This document shows positions 61,833-64,000 of a stretch of 64,000 nucleotides of DNA, piece by piece. The position numbers and the translations under genes were made by a program. The DNA comes from Mobula hypostoma (Eukaryota): the NCBI RefSeq assembly GCF_963921235.1, contig NC_086097.1, positions 192,512,001 to 192,576,000 on the forward strand, given 5' to 3'. Each line of letters begins with the position of its first letter. The first letter of the stretch is position 1. The notes beneath the pieces were generated by a model. That model searched no databases, was not told the DNA's origin, and saw nothing but the letters and a program-made list of their open reading frames with translations.

Positions 61833-62285
61833 GTATGGGGTGTTCAGGGAGGGGTAGCACCTCTGGTAAAGAGGCTTGTTGTGTTCATTCTGGGGTAGCC
61901 ACACCCCATTACTCTACTCCAACAAGCAGGCTAAACCAGGTGGCCAGTTGGCCTCATGCCCCAGTGAAATCGGGACATGACTGTCCTAGCATGTGAAGTC
62001 AGCTCCAGCGGACTGGGCAGATAAGACCAACACTGAGATCCAATAGCCCAGAACATGGTTCTGCAATGCTTCGTGGAGAGCAAGGGGCTTGAGAAAACAC
62101 AGAATAAGTCATTGTTATCCACTGCAACCATGGAAGACCCCAGTTTGTGATGAATACTCATACCACTGGACCCAGACTTCCGAGGCTGAGAGAGTGGAAC
62201 TGTCCCAGTGCATCGGCTTTTCCACTTTAAACACTCGCTGGCACAGGTTTCACTGTCATCATCGACTACAATGGACAGCCAACAT
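61833..62285 (+). mobile_element. GC-rich non-coding insertion, possibly an RTE-related SINE
   Basis: Abrupt GC-rich block inside the AT-rich MITE; start ggggtagcacctctggtaaagaggcttgttgtgt recalls RTE 5'UTRs (unverified). Confidence 0.35.
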
Positions 62286-62359
62286 GCTGCCATGTTCTTT
62301 TGATTGACTGTAAATAAATAAAACTAGTGCAGACACGCAGTGCAGATAATGGACTGCCT

Positions 62360-63770
62360 TCAAGTCAAGTCAAGTGAAGTTTATTGTCATTTAACTACAT
62401 ATTTATATATAATGTATATAAAAATGAGACGTTTCTTTAAAGCAGGGTATAAAGCACAAAACACACAGTAACACATGATGACTTCAGAAGTTAAGGATAA
62501 AATCTACAGATGAATCACACATAAATAACAAACTATGTTGCATTAACATTAAATATCATAGTGTATGGAACAGATTAACCAATGACACCTCCAATACGAT
62601 GCAACAGGAGTTCAGCAGCCTAATGGCCTGAGGGAAGAACTGTTTCCCATCCTGACCATTCTTGATTTTATGCATCGTAGTTTCCTGCTAGGTGGTAGAA
62701 AGTCAAAGAGGATGCTGGATGGATGGATGGGTTCCTTAATAATACTAAAGGCCCTGCATATGCAGCACTCCTGATAAATGTCCTGGATGGATCAAAGGGA
62801 GACCACTATGCTCCTCTCAGCTCATAGGGGCTTCGGGTCTGATGCTCGACTGCTCCCTTACCAGATGCAGACACAATTCATCAGGATGCTCTCCATCATG
62901 CTCCTGTTAAAATGAGGAATGAGAGCCTTGTTTGCCTAAATCTCCTTGGAAAGTGGAGGCGCTGCTGTGCCTTCTTGTTCAGGGAGGTGATATTAAAGGA
63001 TCAGGTGAGATCATCGGTCATGTGAACTCCCAGGAAAATGGTGCACTTAACTCTCTCTATGAAAAGTCATGTACTTGCAGACAGCGATGGCTTGTCTGCA
63101 CCTTCATAAAGACCACAATGATTTTGTCTTCTCCACACTCAGGCTTAGGTTGTAACTCTCACACCAATCCACCAACAGCCCCGCTTCCTCTCTATACTCC
63201 ATTTTGTAATCATTTTTGATAAGGCCACGCGCTGTGGTATCATCTGCAAATTTGATGAGCTGGTTTGAGCTGAATCCTGAGATACAGTCAAGCGTCAGCA
63301 CTGGGCTGAGCACACAGCCTTGGGGAGTGCCAGTGCTCAGAATAATGGAATGAGAGACGTTGCTATCCACACAGACTGACTGTGGCCTTACTGTTACGAA
63401 GTCCAGTATCCAATTGCAGACGGAGGTGTTGAGACCCAGCAAGAACAGTTTCCCAACCATTTTCTGGTATATGATGGTGTTGAGTGCTGAACTGAAGTCT
63501 AAAATCTGCATTCTGGCATATGAGAGACTTTTTTTACAGGTTGGACAGGACAGAGTGGAGGGCAGAGGCTATTGTATCATCAGCGGATCAAATTGAGTGG
63601 TGAGTGAACTGGAAAGGGTCCAATATAGCCTGGTGAAAGACGTTAATGTGCTCCGTGACCAGCTGCTCAAAACATTTCACAATGGTTGATGTTAATGCCA
63701 CCAGATGAGGGTCAGTTTAGCAGGAAATGTCGCCTTCTTTGACACTGGAATGATGGTTGCCACCTTGAAA
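62360..63770 (-). mobile_element. Rex1/Babar-like LINE, 5'-truncated
   Basis: [11 protein letters not shown]...CNWILDFVT...[11 protein letters not shown]...KFADDTT; (cttga)n tail at ~62360-62378. Confidence 0.87.
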
Positions 63771-64000
63771 ACTGAGGGGACAAATAAGTGGCATAGTGCC
63801 CCAAATAAACAAAGGGAATCCCAACTCTTTACTCTATTAGTTTTTATTCATTAAAAGTTGTCCCAAATAAATGGCTTCCCCGATTAACCAATGACCCAAT
63901 TAACTAGAATTTTTATATTTAAATATGAAAACGTGAGAAATCAGGGGAGATGGCAAAGAGGCAATTCTGGAGTGCAGAAAGGACAAGATAGATTTATTTT

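Larger units (their letters stand above)
61583..63912. mobile_element. Tigger/pogo-like non-autonomous element hosting two insertions
   Basis: Inverted termini cagtagattccagttaat (61583) and attaactagaat (63899-63910), with sub-terminal cccaaat(t/a)a repeats. Confidence 0.55.

Overview
Eukaryotic, vertebrate-type, AT-rich DNA made up mostly of transposable elements. The mix of abundant CR1 LINEs, Rex1/Babar LINEs, Neptune-type Penelope elements, a V-SINE and fish-type L1 suggests a cartilaginous fish, but this is inference. I found no host protein-coding exon I can support. Every long ORF is retroelement- or transposase-derived, or the antisense shadow of one, so the window looks intergenic or intronic. 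Highlights: (1) an inverted Penelope element (2554-3941) carrying two minimal hammerhead ribozyme motifs, one with an intact core; (2) a ~2.9-kb-arm inverted duplication (35896-41659) around a young L1, ending at a 200-N gap and most likely a fold-back assembly artefact; (3) deep TE nests, including a young CR1 with an uninterrupted 777-aa ORF; (4) a TSD-bounded, internally inverted RTE-like SINE; (5) a CR1-in-CR1 insertion joined at the homologous RT position. I did not find convincing evidence of a wholly new biological system. Boundaries of old elements are approximate, and family names come from motif recognition, not database search.
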